A stretch of DNA of 64,000 nucleotides from an uncultured Acidobacteriota bacterium (GTDB lineage Bacteria; Acidobacteriota; Thermoanaerobaculia; Gp7-AA8), in the NCBI GenBank assembly GCA_963822445.1, contig CAWGHO010000002.1:192001-256000 (forward strand). The letters run 5' to 3'. Positions within the stretch are counted from its first letter, which is position 1. Each line of letters opens with the position of its first letter. Shown piece by piece: positions 25,074 through 34,221 of this stretch. The notes beneath the pieces were generated by a model, which was not told where the DNA came from, ran no database searches, and worked only from the letters and a program-made list of their open reading frames with translations. The translations under genes and the position numbers were made by a program.

Positions 25074-25933
25074 CCACTTCCTCTCTCGTCCTCGACACCG
25101 CCCGCCGCGGCGAGCTTCATCACGCGGTCATCCTCTACGGCCCCGATCCGCAGCCGCTGCGCGACCTGGCCGTGCGCATGGCCAAGACCCTGAACTGCCT
25201 CGAAGGCACGACCGGCGATCAGTGCACGTCCTGCGTTCGCATCGACCGGCGCATTCATCCCGACGTGCATTTCACGGAGGTCGCGGGGGACAAGAAGCAG
25301 ATCTCCATCGAGCAGATCCGGGACATCGTCGCCGGCGCGACCATGCGGCCGTACGAAGGGCGGAACAAGGTTTTCGTCATCGATCCCGCGGACGCGCTGA
25401 GCATCTCCGGCTCGAACTCGCTGCTGAAGACGCTCGAGGAGCCGACACGCGACACGACCTTCATCCTCCTCACCCGCTCGCCCGATCTGCTCCTGCCGAC
25501 CATCCGCTCGCGCGCGCAGAAGGTCTACATCAGCGAGTCCGCGCGCCTGCTGACCGGGCCGCTCGAAGCGCGCCGCATCCGCGACGTGGCGCTGCTCGAG
25601 GAAGGCGAAGATCTGGCGGCGAGCATCCTCGATCTGCTGCATCGCTACGCCGCGCGGAATGAATCGGCGGCGTTGCTCGCGCTCGCCGCGGTCGTCTCCG
25701 ACCACGAGCCGGCGAAAGATGCCATCGCGCTCCTGGGCGCAATCCTCTGCGACGTTGTGGCCCTTGATCCGAGCGAGTCGCTCGATGGAAGGAAGCTCGC
25801 CGAGATCCGCGAGCGCATCCCGCGCGAGCGACTGCTCGCGGCGGCGGATGCGGCGATGGGCGCGATCCGTTGGCTTAACGTCAACGCCGACGTGCGTCTG
25901 GTGGTGGAGCAAGTCGTCACCGCACTGGTTTGA
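25070..25933 (+). CDS. holB: DNA polymerase III delta' subunit (divergent)
   Basis: After tmk; LNC..CTSC, HPDV, ISIEQIR, NSLLKTLEEP, LLPTIRSR. Confidence 0.85.
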   Translation: MTTSSLVLDTARRGELHHAVILYGPDPQPLRDLAVRMAKTLNCLEGTTGDQCTSCVRIDRRIHPDVHFTEVAGDKKQISIEQIRDIVAGATMRPYEGRNKVFVIDPADALSISGSNSLLKTLEEPTRDTTFILLTRSPDLLLPTIRSRAQKVYISESARLLTGPLEARRIRDVALLEEGEDLAASILDLLHRYAARNESAALLALAAVVSDHEPAKDAIALLGAILCDVVALDPSESLDGRKLAEIRERIPRERLLAAADAAMGAIRWLNVNADVRLVVEQVVTALV

Positions 25934-25985
25934 GCGACGCTTTGGCCCAAGCCTTTGGCAACAAGCGCTGCCGGCCGTGCCGGCC

Positions 25986-26019
25986 AAAAAAGAAACCCCG
26001 CCGTTTCCGGCGGGGCTTC
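25986..26019 (-). terminator. Intrinsic terminator of a minus-strand transcript
   Basis: Minus strand: GAAGCCCCGCCG-GAAA-CGGCGGGGTTTC followed by TTTTTT. Confidence 0.85.
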
Positions 26020-26180
26020 AAAATCTACTGGATGGGTGGTTCGCGAACCGCTTGGGTGGCGAGCTATTCGGGTCGGTAAGATTCAAGGAAGAATTCAAAC
26101 TGCGGGGTCATCAAAGGCAGGCTGTTGAGACAGAAAGCTGTTCCCGCCTGCCCATCCAGTAACTCAGTTCTCATCGTTGA
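25986..26180 (-). ncRNA. Candidate structured small RNA (or 36-aa small-ORF mRNA), family not recognised
   Basis: TATAAT at 26191-26186, perfect 11-bp closing helix (26026-26036 with 26151-26161), internal hairpin, terminator; no long ORF. Confidence 0.5.
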
Positions 26181-26185
26181 AGCGC

Positions 26186-26239
26186 ATTATAAACACAGAT
26201 TGTGAAAAATTTCTCAATGTAACTGGCTTGTGACAAGCC
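26186..26239 (-). promoter_or_regulatory. -10 box with adjacent Rex/CRP-type operator and a second palindrome
   Basis: TATAAT (minus, 26186-26191); TTGTGAAAAATTTCTCAA at 26200-26217; GGCTTGT-G-ACAAGCC at 26225-26239. Confidence 0.65.
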
Positions 26240-26315
26240 CTTCACGCGCTTGGGGATACGCCTTTTTCGCTGATCGGGCAATTGTGTAAAGCAAAACGGG
26301 CGTTCGGTCACCAGA

Positions 26316-26365
26316 ATTGCCGAGTTGGGGGTTGTCGGGTTGCCGGGTTCTCAGGTTGTCAGGTC
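26316..26365. repeat. One-sided tandem octamer array (GTTGNCRG-type)
   Basis: attgccga gttgggg gttgtcgg gttgccgg gttctcag gttgtcag, just past the GerMN gene stop. Confidence 0.7.
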
Positions 26366-26372
26366 TGTGACC

Positions 26373-26912
26373 TCACCGGAATCGCGGATCCACGAGCTCT
26401 TTCATCGGCTCCACCGACCGCGCCAGCGAGACATGCCCGCCCAGCGTCTCCGCCGGTCCGCCGTTGATCAGCACCCGCACCCGCCGCCCCTCGGTGAAAT
26501 TCGCGCTGATCGTCTGCGCCAGCGAGTGCGCGGCCATCAGCTCCCGATGGCTTCCCGTTCCCCAGCCCTGGGTCAGGGTCGGGCCGCCGAGGTCGACGAC
26601 TACCGTTCCGCCCGGCAGGAGGTAGGTGCCGCGCACGACCGTGTCGTCGGGAAACAGCCGCATCACGGTCGTGCTCGACGGGCCTTTCATCAGCTCGCGA
26701 ACCACAATCGGCACCGCGGCCGCGCTGTTTTCAGGAAGGGCGATGTTGCGAGGCTCGGCGGTGAGCAGCATCTGCGGCGACTCGTAGAAGAGCTGCACCG
26801 TGCGCACGGCCACCTTGTTGTGCGCGGCCAGGTTCGCGCCCGGCTTCTCTTTTCTCTTGCACCCGCCGGCAACCACCATCACGGCCAGCGCGAGTACTGC
26901 AGCCCGCCTCAC
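26373..26912 (-). CDS. GerMN-domain lipoprotein
   Basis: Lipobox VAGGC; VRELMKGPS, VVVDL, VRVLINGG, TLGGHV; downstream of an amidase. Confidence 0.85.
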   Translation of the reverse strand: MRRAAVLALAVMVVAGGCKRKEKPGANLAAHNKVAVRTVQLFYESPQMLLTAEPRNIALPENSAAAVPIVVRELMKGPSSTTVMRLFPDDTVVRGTYLLPGGTVVVDLGGPTLTQGWGTGSHRELMAAHSLAQTISANFTEGRRVRVLINGGPAETLGGHVSLARSVEPMKELVDPRFR

Positions 26913-28462
26913 TGCGTCGCCGTCCTCGGCTGTGCCTGCGGCGCGGTCGCCGTCGCGGCGGGCGCCGGCGCGGGAGCGGGCGGCGCGGGCTGGATGAGTC
27001 CGATGCGCGTTTCGTAGTCCGTCTTGTAGCGCTCCACCGCGCGGGTGATCGCGGCGACCATCAGCGACTGGAACTCGCCGGTCTGCAGCTTCGCCTCTTC
27101 TTCGGCATTGCTGATGAAGCCGACTTCGACCAGCGCCGCGGGCATCGTCGCGCCGACGAGCACTTTGAACGGCGCCTGCTTCACCCCGCGATTGCTGACG
27201 CCTGTGGCCGCGTTCATCTCTTCCTGAATGGCCTGCGCGAAACGGCTCGACTCGCCGATGTACGCCTGCTGGGCCAGGTCCCAGAGAATCAGTTTGAGAT
27301 CGCTCGTCGGATCAGCAGCGGCCGCTGACGGCGAGGACGCGTTCTCCAGGTCCGCGGCGCGCTTCGCCAGTTCGTCCGAAGCTTCGAGGGAGAGGAAGTA
27401 AGTCTCCGAGCCCTTCGCGTCCTTCACCACGGCCGCGTTGAGATGGACCGAAAGGAACAGGTCCGCTTTGTACTGATTGGCGATCGCCGTCCGCTGATCG
27501 AGCGACACCAGGGTGTCGTCATCGCGCGTAAGCACGACCCGAGCGCCCGTCTTCGCCGCCAGCGAATCGGCGAGGCGGCGGCAGATCGCGAGGGTCAGGT
27601 CTTTCTCCATCAACCCGTTCGTGCCGACCGCGCCGACTTCCTTCCCGCCATGCCCGGGATCGAGCACGATCGTGCGGATGCCGGGGAGCTCCTGCGACTT
27701 CGGCGTGATCAGCGGCTGGGTCGTGCCCGGAACGAGCGGCGCGCCTTTGCGCAGATCGAGCACGATCCGCTGCGGGTTCTCGAGCTGATACGCATCGGCG
27801 ACGACGTCGGGGGAGGTCAGATGGATCGTCAGATCGTTCGCTGTAAACGCGAGCCGGGCGATGTGCGGATCTTCGTAGGACTGCTCGCCGAACGGCGCGC
27901 GCACCGGCGACTTGAACTTGATCGCGTAGGCCTGCGCCTCTTTGACGATCGAATATTCGACCGTTCCGCTCAGCGTGAGGACGACCTTGGAGATGCCCTG
28001 CACGTTGGCGACGGACGCGGAGATCGAGACTGCGTCGCGCTGTTGGGCGCGAACTGCCAGGAGATGCGCGGCCGGATCCCAGGTCACGTCCATCCCCGCG
28101 GCTTTGGCGAGGAATCCCTGGAAGAACTGCCAGGGAACGTAGGGCGCGCCTTCGATCGCGATCGGAGGCACGGGCATCTCGATCAGGTCATCGCGCACGA
28201 CGCCGAACCGGCTGTCCGACGCGAAGGCCGCGACGGTGTTGCCGAGGGTGACTTTGTAGCCGTTCGCGTCGGGAGTGAGCGTGCCGCCGAGGCCGGTTAC
28301 CACTTCCGCGGCGGCGACGTAGGTCTGTCCCGATTGCACGACGTACGTGAACGGCGTGTCGCCCGCGGAAGTGCGGAGCGTTCCCTGACCCGACGATTGC
28401 GCGAGAACGATCGAGGCGACGGCGAGGAGAAGGAGAGTACCGAGAACGAGGAGACGTTTCAT
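26909..28462 (-). CDS. N-acetylmuramoyl-L-alanine amidase (Amidase_3)
   Basis: Signal peptide, AMIN-like LENPQRIVLDL, IVLDPGHGG, EKD, FLSVHLNA, LVEVGFISN. Confidence 0.93.
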   Translation of the reverse strand: MKRLLVLGTLLLLAVASIVLAQSSGQGTLRTSAGDTPFTYVVQSGQTYVAAAEVVTGLGGTLTPDANGYKVTLGNTVAAFASDSRFGVVRDDLIEMPVPPIAIEGAPYVPWQFFQGFLAKAAGMDVTWDPAAHLLAVRAQQRDAVSISASVANVQGISKVVLTLSGTVEYSIVKEAQAYAIKFKSPVRAPFGEQSYEDPHIARLAFTANDLTIHLTSPDVVADAYQLENPQRIVLDLRKGAPLVPGTTQPLITPKSQELPGIRTIVLDPGHGGKEVGAVGTNGLMEKDLTLAICRRLADSLAAKTGARVVLTRDDDTLVSLDQRTAIANQYKADLFLSVHLNAAVVKDAKGSETYFLSLEASDELAKRAADLENASSPSAAAADPTSDLKLILWDLAQQAYIGESSRFAQAIQEEMNAATGVSNRGVKQAPFKVLVGATMPAALVEVGFISNAEEEAKLQTGEFQSLMVAAITRAVERYKTDYETRIGLIQPAPPAPAPAPAATATAPQAQPRTATQ

Positions 28463-28513
28463 ATGAGCGCGAGCCCCCGGATTATCGCACGCCGCGTGTT
28501 ACGCTCGGCCGCC

Positions 28514-29098
28514 ATGACCCGCCGCATGTTTGCAATGGCAATCACCCTCCTCGCCGCGTGTGCCGGCGGCGAAAACAAGGAGACGGTTTACACGATGAGC
28601 CGCAACCCGGTGAGCGTCCGCGGATGGATCACCGACGTCGCCGGCGCGCAGAAAGCCGAGACCGTGGAGATGGAGATCGCGCGGCGCACGCAGCTCTTCC
28701 AGTCGTCATCGGTGTGGGTCGAGAAATCGGACTTCGCCTCCGGTGGCATTGCCGAGAACGGCGCGTTCATCGTCCTCGACGTCCCCCCGATGAATGCCAC
28801 CCTCGGATTCAACGCCCCCGGCGCGGAAACGGCGCGGATCGTCCTGCAGAACGTGCCCCCCAGCGCGGACGTGTTCATCCCCGACGTGATCCTCGAGAAC
28901 GGAGGGGCGAAAGTGCTCGATCCGAAGGCGATCCTGGTGCGCGTACCGACCGACGTCGATAAACCGCGCGCGACCGGGAAAACCGCGATCGTGGCGGGAC
29001 ATGTCGTGCCGATCATCGAAGCTCCGCTGCAGCAGCTCGCGGACCGGCGGGAGTATCCGAATCCCGGCGGATTCAGGCCGGTGGCGACGTTCAAATAG
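28514..29098 (+). CDS. Hypothetical lipoprotein
   Basis: MTRRMFAMAITLLAAC lipobox; beta-rich; divergent from the amidase. Confidence 0.7.
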   Translation: MTRRMFAMAITLLAACAGGENKETVYTMSRNPVSVRGWITDVAGAQKAETVEMEIARRTQLFQSSSVWVEKSDFASGGIAENGAFIVLDVPPMNATLGFNAPGAETARIVLQNVPPSADVFIPDVILENGGAKVLDPKAILVRVPTDVDKPRATGKTAIVAGHVVPIIEAPLQQLADRREYPNPGGFRPVATFK

Positions 29099-29208
29099 CG
29101 TACGGCGGGCGTCTCGCCCGCATTCCGCCGGGCGTTTCGCCCGGCGGTGTTTCAGAGATACGCCCGGGCACGATGCCCGGCCGTTGCGGGCGGGACGCCC
29201 GCCCTACG
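29099..29208. repeat. Composite REP-like palindrome (GTAG family C)
   Basis: cgtacggcgggcgtctcgcccgca ... tgcgggcgggacgcccgccctacg with two internal hairpins; supplies the TAG stop of the convergent dehydratase gene. Confidence 0.8.
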
Positions 29209-30172
29209 AAGTCACGATCTCGCAGAACTTCTTCAAATCGATATTGCCGCCCGACACGACCGCCACTACCGGCCCCTCGCTCTGCTTGATCGCCGCAGCG
29301 ACGCTCAGCGCGCCGGCCCCTTCCGCGATCACCCGGGTCTTCGACGCGACGAGCCGCATGGCCTGTTTCACTTCGTCGAGCGTGACCACCACCGATCCGT
29401 CGACCGTGCCCTTCAACCGCTCCCACATCCGCGGAAAGATGCTCTTCCCGCCGGCGCCGTCGACGAAGGACGCGGTCCAGTCGCCGAACTCCTGAGGTCC
29501 GCCGGCCGCGAACGACGCAGCACCGGGCGCGGCCGTCTCCGGCTCCGCACCGAGAACGCGCACATGCGGCGCCGCCGCTTTGATCGTGCTGCCGATGCCC
29601 GCGGTCAAACCGCCGCCGCCGATCGCGGCGATGACCGTCTTCACGTTCGGCAGATCTTCGAGGATCTCCAGCGCGACCGTCGCGTTCCCGGCGATGAAGT
29701 TGTGATCGTCGAACGGATGGACGAACGTCCCTTCGATTCCGGGAAAGGCCCGGTCGTCCATCGCGCTCCAGCACTTGTCGAACGGTGCGCGGACCAGTTT
29801 CGCGCCGAGGGCTTCCATGCGCTCGATCTTCGTCTGAGGGGCGGTCTCGATCACCAGCACCGTGCAGGGAATCCCGGCTTCGCGCGCGGCGAAAGCCACG
29901 CCCTGCCCCGCGTTTCCGGCGCTGATCGTCCAGACGCCTTTGGTCCGCTCTTCCGGCGAGAGCATGGCCACGGCGTTGGCCGCGCCGCGCAGCTTGAACG
30001 CATTGATCGGCTGTAGATTCTCCAGCTTCAACCAGACCTCGGGCACCCCTTGCAGCCCGTGCAACAGCCGGATGAGCGGCGTGCGGGTGATGACGCCGCT
30101 GATGCGCTCCCGCGCGGCTCGAATCTCCTCGATCGTGACGGGGCGGACGGGCGGAGGGGCAGTTTGCGTCAT
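29204..30172 (-). CDS. PLP-dependent threonine/serine dehydratase-family enzyme
   Basis: LKLENLQPINAFKLRGA, SAGNAGQG, HPFDD, IGGGGL, VSGGNID. Confidence 0.9.
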   Translation of the reverse strand: MTQTAPPPVRPVTIEEIRAARERISGVITRTPLIRLLHGLQGVPEVWLKLENLQPINAFKLRGAANAVAMLSPEERTKGVWTISAGNAGQGVAFAAREAGIPCTVLVIETAPQTKIERMEALGAKLVRAPFDKCWSAMDDRAFPGIEGTFVHPFDDHNFIAGNATVALEILEDLPNVKTVIAAIGGGGLTAGIGSTIKAAAPHVRVLGAEPETAAPGAASFAAGGPQEFGDWTASFVDGAGGKSIFPRMWERLKGTVDGSVVVTLDEVKQAMRLVASKTRVIAEGAGALSVAAAIKQSEGPVVAVVSGGNIDLKKFCEIVTS

Positions 30173-30224
30173 GGAGGCGCGATTGTATCGGGCAGGCATG
30201 CCTCATGCGACGTACTTGCGCGCC

Positions 30225-30920
30225 ATGAGAAACGAACGAAACATGAATGATCCCGAGCGCTGGGTGTCCGTCGTCTTCGGGAGCGCACTCACCGCATACG
30301 GTTTGAAGAAACGGTCCGCCGGGGGCTTCCTGCTGAGCGCCATCGGCGGCATGCTGGTCTGGCGCGGCGCCACAGGACACTGCTTCGTCTACAAAGGCCT
30401 CGGCGTCTCGAGCGTGCATGACGACGACGGCGATGACGACGGCCGCCAGGTCAGCGTCCCGTACGGCAAGGGCATCGACGTCGAGAAATCGGTCACCATC
30501 AACGCGCCGCCGGAAAAGCTCTACACCTTCTGGCGCAACTTCGAGAATCTCCCGCGCTTCATGCACAACCTCGAAGCGGTCGAAGTTCAGGACGGCAAGC
30601 GCTCGCACTGGGTCGCGAAAGGTCCGGCCGGCAAGAGCGTCGACTGGGACGCGGAGATCATCAACGAGGTCCCGAACGAGCTGATCGGCTGGCGCTCGAT
30701 CGAAGGCAGCGAGATCAGCAACGCCGGCTCGGTGCATTTCACGCCTGCGACCGGTGGCCGGGGAACGGAAGTGAAGGTGCACCTTCGCTACGACCCGCCG
30801 GCCGGCAAGCTCGGCGCGAGGGTCTCGAAGATCCTCGGCGAAGACCCCGCGGCCAACGTCGAAGAAGACCTGCAACGTCTGAAGATGCTCATCGAGACCG
30901 GCGCGGACGCGACGACGTAA
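30225..30920 (+). CDS. SRPBCC (cyclase/dehydrase) protein with N-terminal DUF2892-like membrane segment
   Basis: RGATGHCFVY, VEKSVTINAP, FWRNFENLPRFM, SHWVAKGPAG, WDAEI. Confidence 0.88.
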   Translation: MRNERNMNDPERWVSVVFGSALTAYGLKKRSAGGFLLSAIGGMLVWRGATGHCFVYKGLGVSSVHDDDGDDDGRQVSVPYGKGIDVEKSVTINAPPEKLYTFWRNFENLPRFMHNLEAVEVQDGKRSHWVAKGPAGKSVDWDAEIINEVPNELIGWRSIEGSEISNAGSVHFTPATGGRGTEVKVHLRYDPPAGKLGARVSKILGEDPAANVEEDLQRLKMLIETGADATT

Positions 30921-31062
30921 CGGAACGCCGCCGTCCCGGCGGCCGGTCCGCCGGCGTCCCGCCGGCAGTTTCAGGCGCAGGCGCGAGACGCCTGCGCACC
31001 AGCCGGTGAGGATCGCACCACGCCGACCACCAGGTCCCTCGACTACGCTCGGGATGACAACG
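30921..31062. repeat. Cluster of REP-like hairpins plus a TGTCATCCCGAGCG-type half element
   Basis: gccgccg-tcc-cggcggc, gccggcg-tcc-cgccggc, gcgcaggcg-cgaga-cgcctgcgc; minus-strand tgtcatcccgagcgtagtcgagggacc near 31033-31059. Confidence 0.65.
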
Positions 31063-31124
31063 GTGGCCTCGCGATGCCGGCTGCTAAGATGACCGCGAAT
31101 TTCGAGAGAGAAAGAGAGTTCAGC

Positions 31125-32048
31125 ATGCGTTTGATCACGCGATCCGACTTCGACGGCCTCGTCTGCGCCGTGCTCCTGAAAGAAGTCGAACAGATCGACG
31201 CGGTCGATTTCGTCCACCCCAAAGACGTTCAGGACGGAAAAGTCGCGGCCGGAAAAGACGACATCCTCACCAACCTCCCCTACGTGCCCGGCGTCGGGCT
31301 CTGGTTCGACCACCATTCCAGCGAGATCGTCCGCAATGAGGAGACCGCCACTTACCGCGGCCGCTTCGAGATCGCCCCGTCCGCCGCGCGCGTGGTCTAC
31401 AACCATTACTCCGTCGGTAGCGAGAAGCTCCGCAAGTACGACACGCTGCTCGAGTCGGTCGACAAGTCCGACGCCGCGCAACTGAACATGGAGGACGTCA
31501 CCAACCCCACGGGCTGGATGCTGCTCTCCTACGTGATGGATCCGCGCACTGGCCTCGCCTATCACCACGGTTACAAGATCAGCAATCGCGATCTGATGAC
31601 GAAGCTGATCGATCTCATCGCCCAGCATCCCGATGATCCGGACACGGTCCTCGCCGATCCGGACGTCAAGGAGCGCATCGATCGCTACTTCGAGCAGCAG
31701 GAGGAGTTCGCCAAGCTGATGCGGGAGCACTCCACGGTCGAGAAGAACGTGATCATCACCGACCTCCGGGGCATGCGCGACCTTCCGCCCGGCAACCGCT
31801 TCCTGATCTACACGATGTTTCCCGACGCGAACACTCAGGTGCGCATCTTCGACGGCCGCGGCGGCGAATTCACCGTTTGCGCGGTCGGCCACAGCATCTT
31901 CAACCGCACTTCGAAAACGGACGTCGGGAAACTGATGGACAAGTACGGCGGCGGCGGCCACCGCGGCGCCGGGACCTGCCAGCTGCCGAATGCACATGCC
32001 GAGGCAAAGATCCGGGACATCATCGAGGAAATCAAAGCGGACGGGTGA
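31125..32048 (+). CDS. DHH/DHHA1-family phosphoesterase (exopolyphosphatase-related)
   Basis: RSDFDG, WFDHH, VDKSD, YGGGGHRGAG. Confidence 0.88.
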   Translation: MRLITRSDFDGLVCAVLLKEVEQIDAVDFVHPKDVQDGKVAAGKDDILTNLPYVPGVGLWFDHHSSEIVRNEETATYRGRFEIAPSAARVVYNHYSVGSEKLRKYDTLLESVDKSDAAQLNMEDVTNPTGWMLLSYVMDPRTGLAYHHGYKISNRDLMTKLIDLIAQHPDDPDTVLADPDVKERIDRYFEQQEEFAKLMREHSTVEKNVIITDLRGMRDLPPGNRFLIYTMFPDANTQVRIFDGRGGEFTVCAVGHSIFNRTSKTDVGKLMDKYGGGGHRGAGTCQLPNAHAEAKIRDIIEEIKADG

Positions 32049-32051
32049 TTT

Positions 32052-32138
32052 AGTGGGCAGTAGGCAGTGGGCAGTGGGCAGGCCCGCCCACCCGGCCCGA
32101 ACAACTCCACCGCCCGCTGCCCACTGCCCGCTGCCCGC
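32052..32138. repeat. Inverted tandem heptamer array (AGTRGGC)x4 / (GCCCRCT)x4
   Basis: agtgggc agtaggc agtgggc agtgggc ... gcccgct gcccact gcccgct gcccgc. Confidence 0.85.
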
Positions 32139-32171
32139 GACCTGCCGCGCCCTGTAAACTGCGCGCCGAAA

Positions 32172-34217
32172 ATGGGCCGCCAGTCACGGAACAAAACTCT
32201 CCGACCAACAGTCGCCGCACCGCCGGGCACCGACGCCGCCGCGCCGGCTCCGCGGTCGCGCACCACGCTTCCGGTCTCGTACGTTCTGGTCGCGCTCGCG
32301 CTCGTGGCGCTGACGCTGATCATTTACGCGCAGGTGCGCGGACATCAGTTCCTCACCTACGACGACGGGATCTACATCACCGAAAACGTGATCGTGCAGC
32401 GCGGGCTGACGGCGCAGGGCATCCGCTGGGCGCTCACCTCCCTCGACTTCAACTGGCATCCGATGACCTGGTTCACGCACATGCTGGACGTGCAGTTCTT
32501 CGGCATGAACGCGGGCCGGCATCTGCTGATGAACGTCGTCTTTCACATCGCCAACTCGCTGCTGCTGCTCGCGCTGCTGACGCGCATGACGGGCATGTTC
32601 TGGCGCAGTGCGGCAGTCGCGGCGTTGTGGGCCGTGCATCCGCTGCACGTCGAGTCGGTGGCCTGGATCGCCGAGCGGAAGGACGTGCTCAGCACGCTCT
32701 TCCTCCTGCTCACGGTCTGGTTTTACGTGAGCTGGACGCGCAATCGCTCGACCGCGACCTACGTCCTGATGCTGGTGATGTTCCTCCTCGGCCTGGCCTC
32801 GAAGGGCATGCTCGTCACGCTCCCCTTCGCGTTGCTGCTCCTCGATTACTGGCCGCTCGCGCGTCTCGACCTGCATGACCGCGCGACCATCATCAAGCGG
32901 GTCACAGAGAAGATCCCGCTGTTCGTGCTCGCCGCGGGCGGCATTGTGATGACAGTCATCGCTCAGCGAACGGTCGGCGCCATCGTCGCCATCGAACGGA
33001 TCTCGCTGGCCCAGCGCGTCGGCACAGCCATCACCGCGTACGGCCGCTATCTCTGGAAAACCATCGTCCCGGCGCGGCTCGCCAATCCCTATCCGTACGT
33101 GCCGCTCACGCCGGCCATGATCGTCGGATCGATCGCCGTCCTCCTGGGCATCACCGCCCTGGTCATCACGCTGCGCAAGTCGCACCGCTATCTCTTCACC
33201 GGCTGGTTCTGGTTCATCGGCACTCTGGTGCCGGTGATCGGTCTGGTGCAGATCGGCTTTCAGTCGATGGCCGATCGCTACACCTACATCCCGCACATCG
33301 GACTGTTCATCGCCGTGGTCTGGGGGATCGCCGAAGTCGCGCGGCGCAGCAACGCGCAGGCCGTTGCCGCCATGGCCGCGGTCATCGCGGTCGCGGCCTT
33401 CACCGTCGTCGCGCACAAACAGGTCGGACGCTGGCGCGACAGCGAGACGCTGTTCGATCACGCGTTGAAGGTCACGCAAGGCAACGTCATCGCCCATCTC
33501 CACGTCGGCACGTCGAAGATGGGACGCGCGGAGTACGACCAGGCCCTTCAGCATTTCCGCGCCGCCCATCAGCTCGATCCCGATCGTCCCGAGCCGCGCG
33601 ATCACGTCGCCAGTGCGCTGATCGAGCTCTCGAAGATCGATCGCGCCCGCGGCGACGAGCAGTCGGCGATGAAGCGGCTCGAAGAAGCGTCGGCGCTCAA
33701 TCCCGCGGAGAAGACTCGCGCCGCGATTGCGCTCGCGCGTAACGACGTCGCCAAGGCGATCGAGCTGTACACCGCCCAGGCCAGCACCGCGAAGAGCGGC
33801 GATGAAGCGGCCAAAGCCCAGAACGATCTCGGCGCCGCCCTGGCCTCGGCCGGCCGCGACGAAGAGGCCATCGCCGCGTACCGCAAAGCCATCGAGATCT
33901 CCCCACGCCAGTACGACGCCCGCATGAACCTCGGCGCAATCCTCAGCCGCATGGAGCGCAACGACGAGGCCATCGAGAACTTCAAGATCGCCGCGACGCT
34001 GCAACCGGCGTCGGTCGAGCCGCACGTCTACCTCGCGCTGGCGTACTTCCTCGAGAAGCGTTACGAGGAGGCGAAGACGTCGGCGGAGCGCGCGTACACC
34101 ATCGATCCGAAAGCCTCGAACCTCAAGCTGACCACGGCCATGCGCATCCCCTTCAAGGAGACGAACATCCAGGACTTCATCGGGTTCGTCGAATCGAAGC
34201 GGCAGGCGCCCCGCTGA
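32172..34217 (+). CDS. TMTC-like GT-C membrane glycosyltransferase with C-terminal TPRs
   Basis: YDD motif after TM1, WHPMTW, HPLHVESVAWIAERKD, ADRYTYIP, multiple TM helices, TPR repeats. Confidence 0.82.
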   Translation: MGRQSRNKTLRPTVAAPPGTDAAAPAPRSRTTLPVSYVLVALALVALTLIIYAQVRGHQFLTYDDGIYITENVIVQRGLTAQGIRWALTSLDFNWHPMTWFTHMLDVQFFGMNAGRHLLMNVVFHIANSLLLLALLTRMTGMFWRSAAVAALWAVHPLHVESVAWIAERKDVLSTLFLLLTVWFYVSWTRNRSTATYVLMLVMFLLGLASKGMLVTLPFALLLLDYWPLARLDLHDRATIIKRVTEKIPLFVLAAGGIVMTVIAQRTVGAIVAIERISLAQRVGTAITAYGRYLWKTIVPARLANPYPYVPLTPAMIVGSIAVLLGITALVITLRKSHRYLFTGWFWFIGTLVPVIGLVQIGFQSMADRYTYIPHIGLFIAVVWGIAEVARRSNAQAVAAMAAVIAVAAFTVVAHKQVGRWRDSETLFDHALKVTQGNVIAHLHVGTSKMGRAEYDQALQHFRAAHQLDPDRPEPRDHVASALIELSKIDRARGDEQSAMKRLEEASALNPAEKTRAAIALARNDVAKAIELYTAQASTAKSGDEAAKAQNDLGAALASAGRDEEAIAAYRKAIEISPRQYDARMNLGAILSRMERNDEAIENFKIAATLQPASVEPHVYLALAYFLEKRYEEAKTSAERAYTIDPKASNLKLTTAMRIPFKETNIQDFIGFVESKRQAPR

Positions 34218-34221
34218 CGGG

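Noticed and set aside
25986-26191. Assignment as 6S RNA, tmRNA, SRP RNA or a riboswitch
   Set aside because: No rod-like 6S fold with central bubble that I can build, no tRNA-like ends, no SRP loop motif, and no downstream gene on the same strand for a riboswitch to control. Needs an Rfam search to exclude formally.
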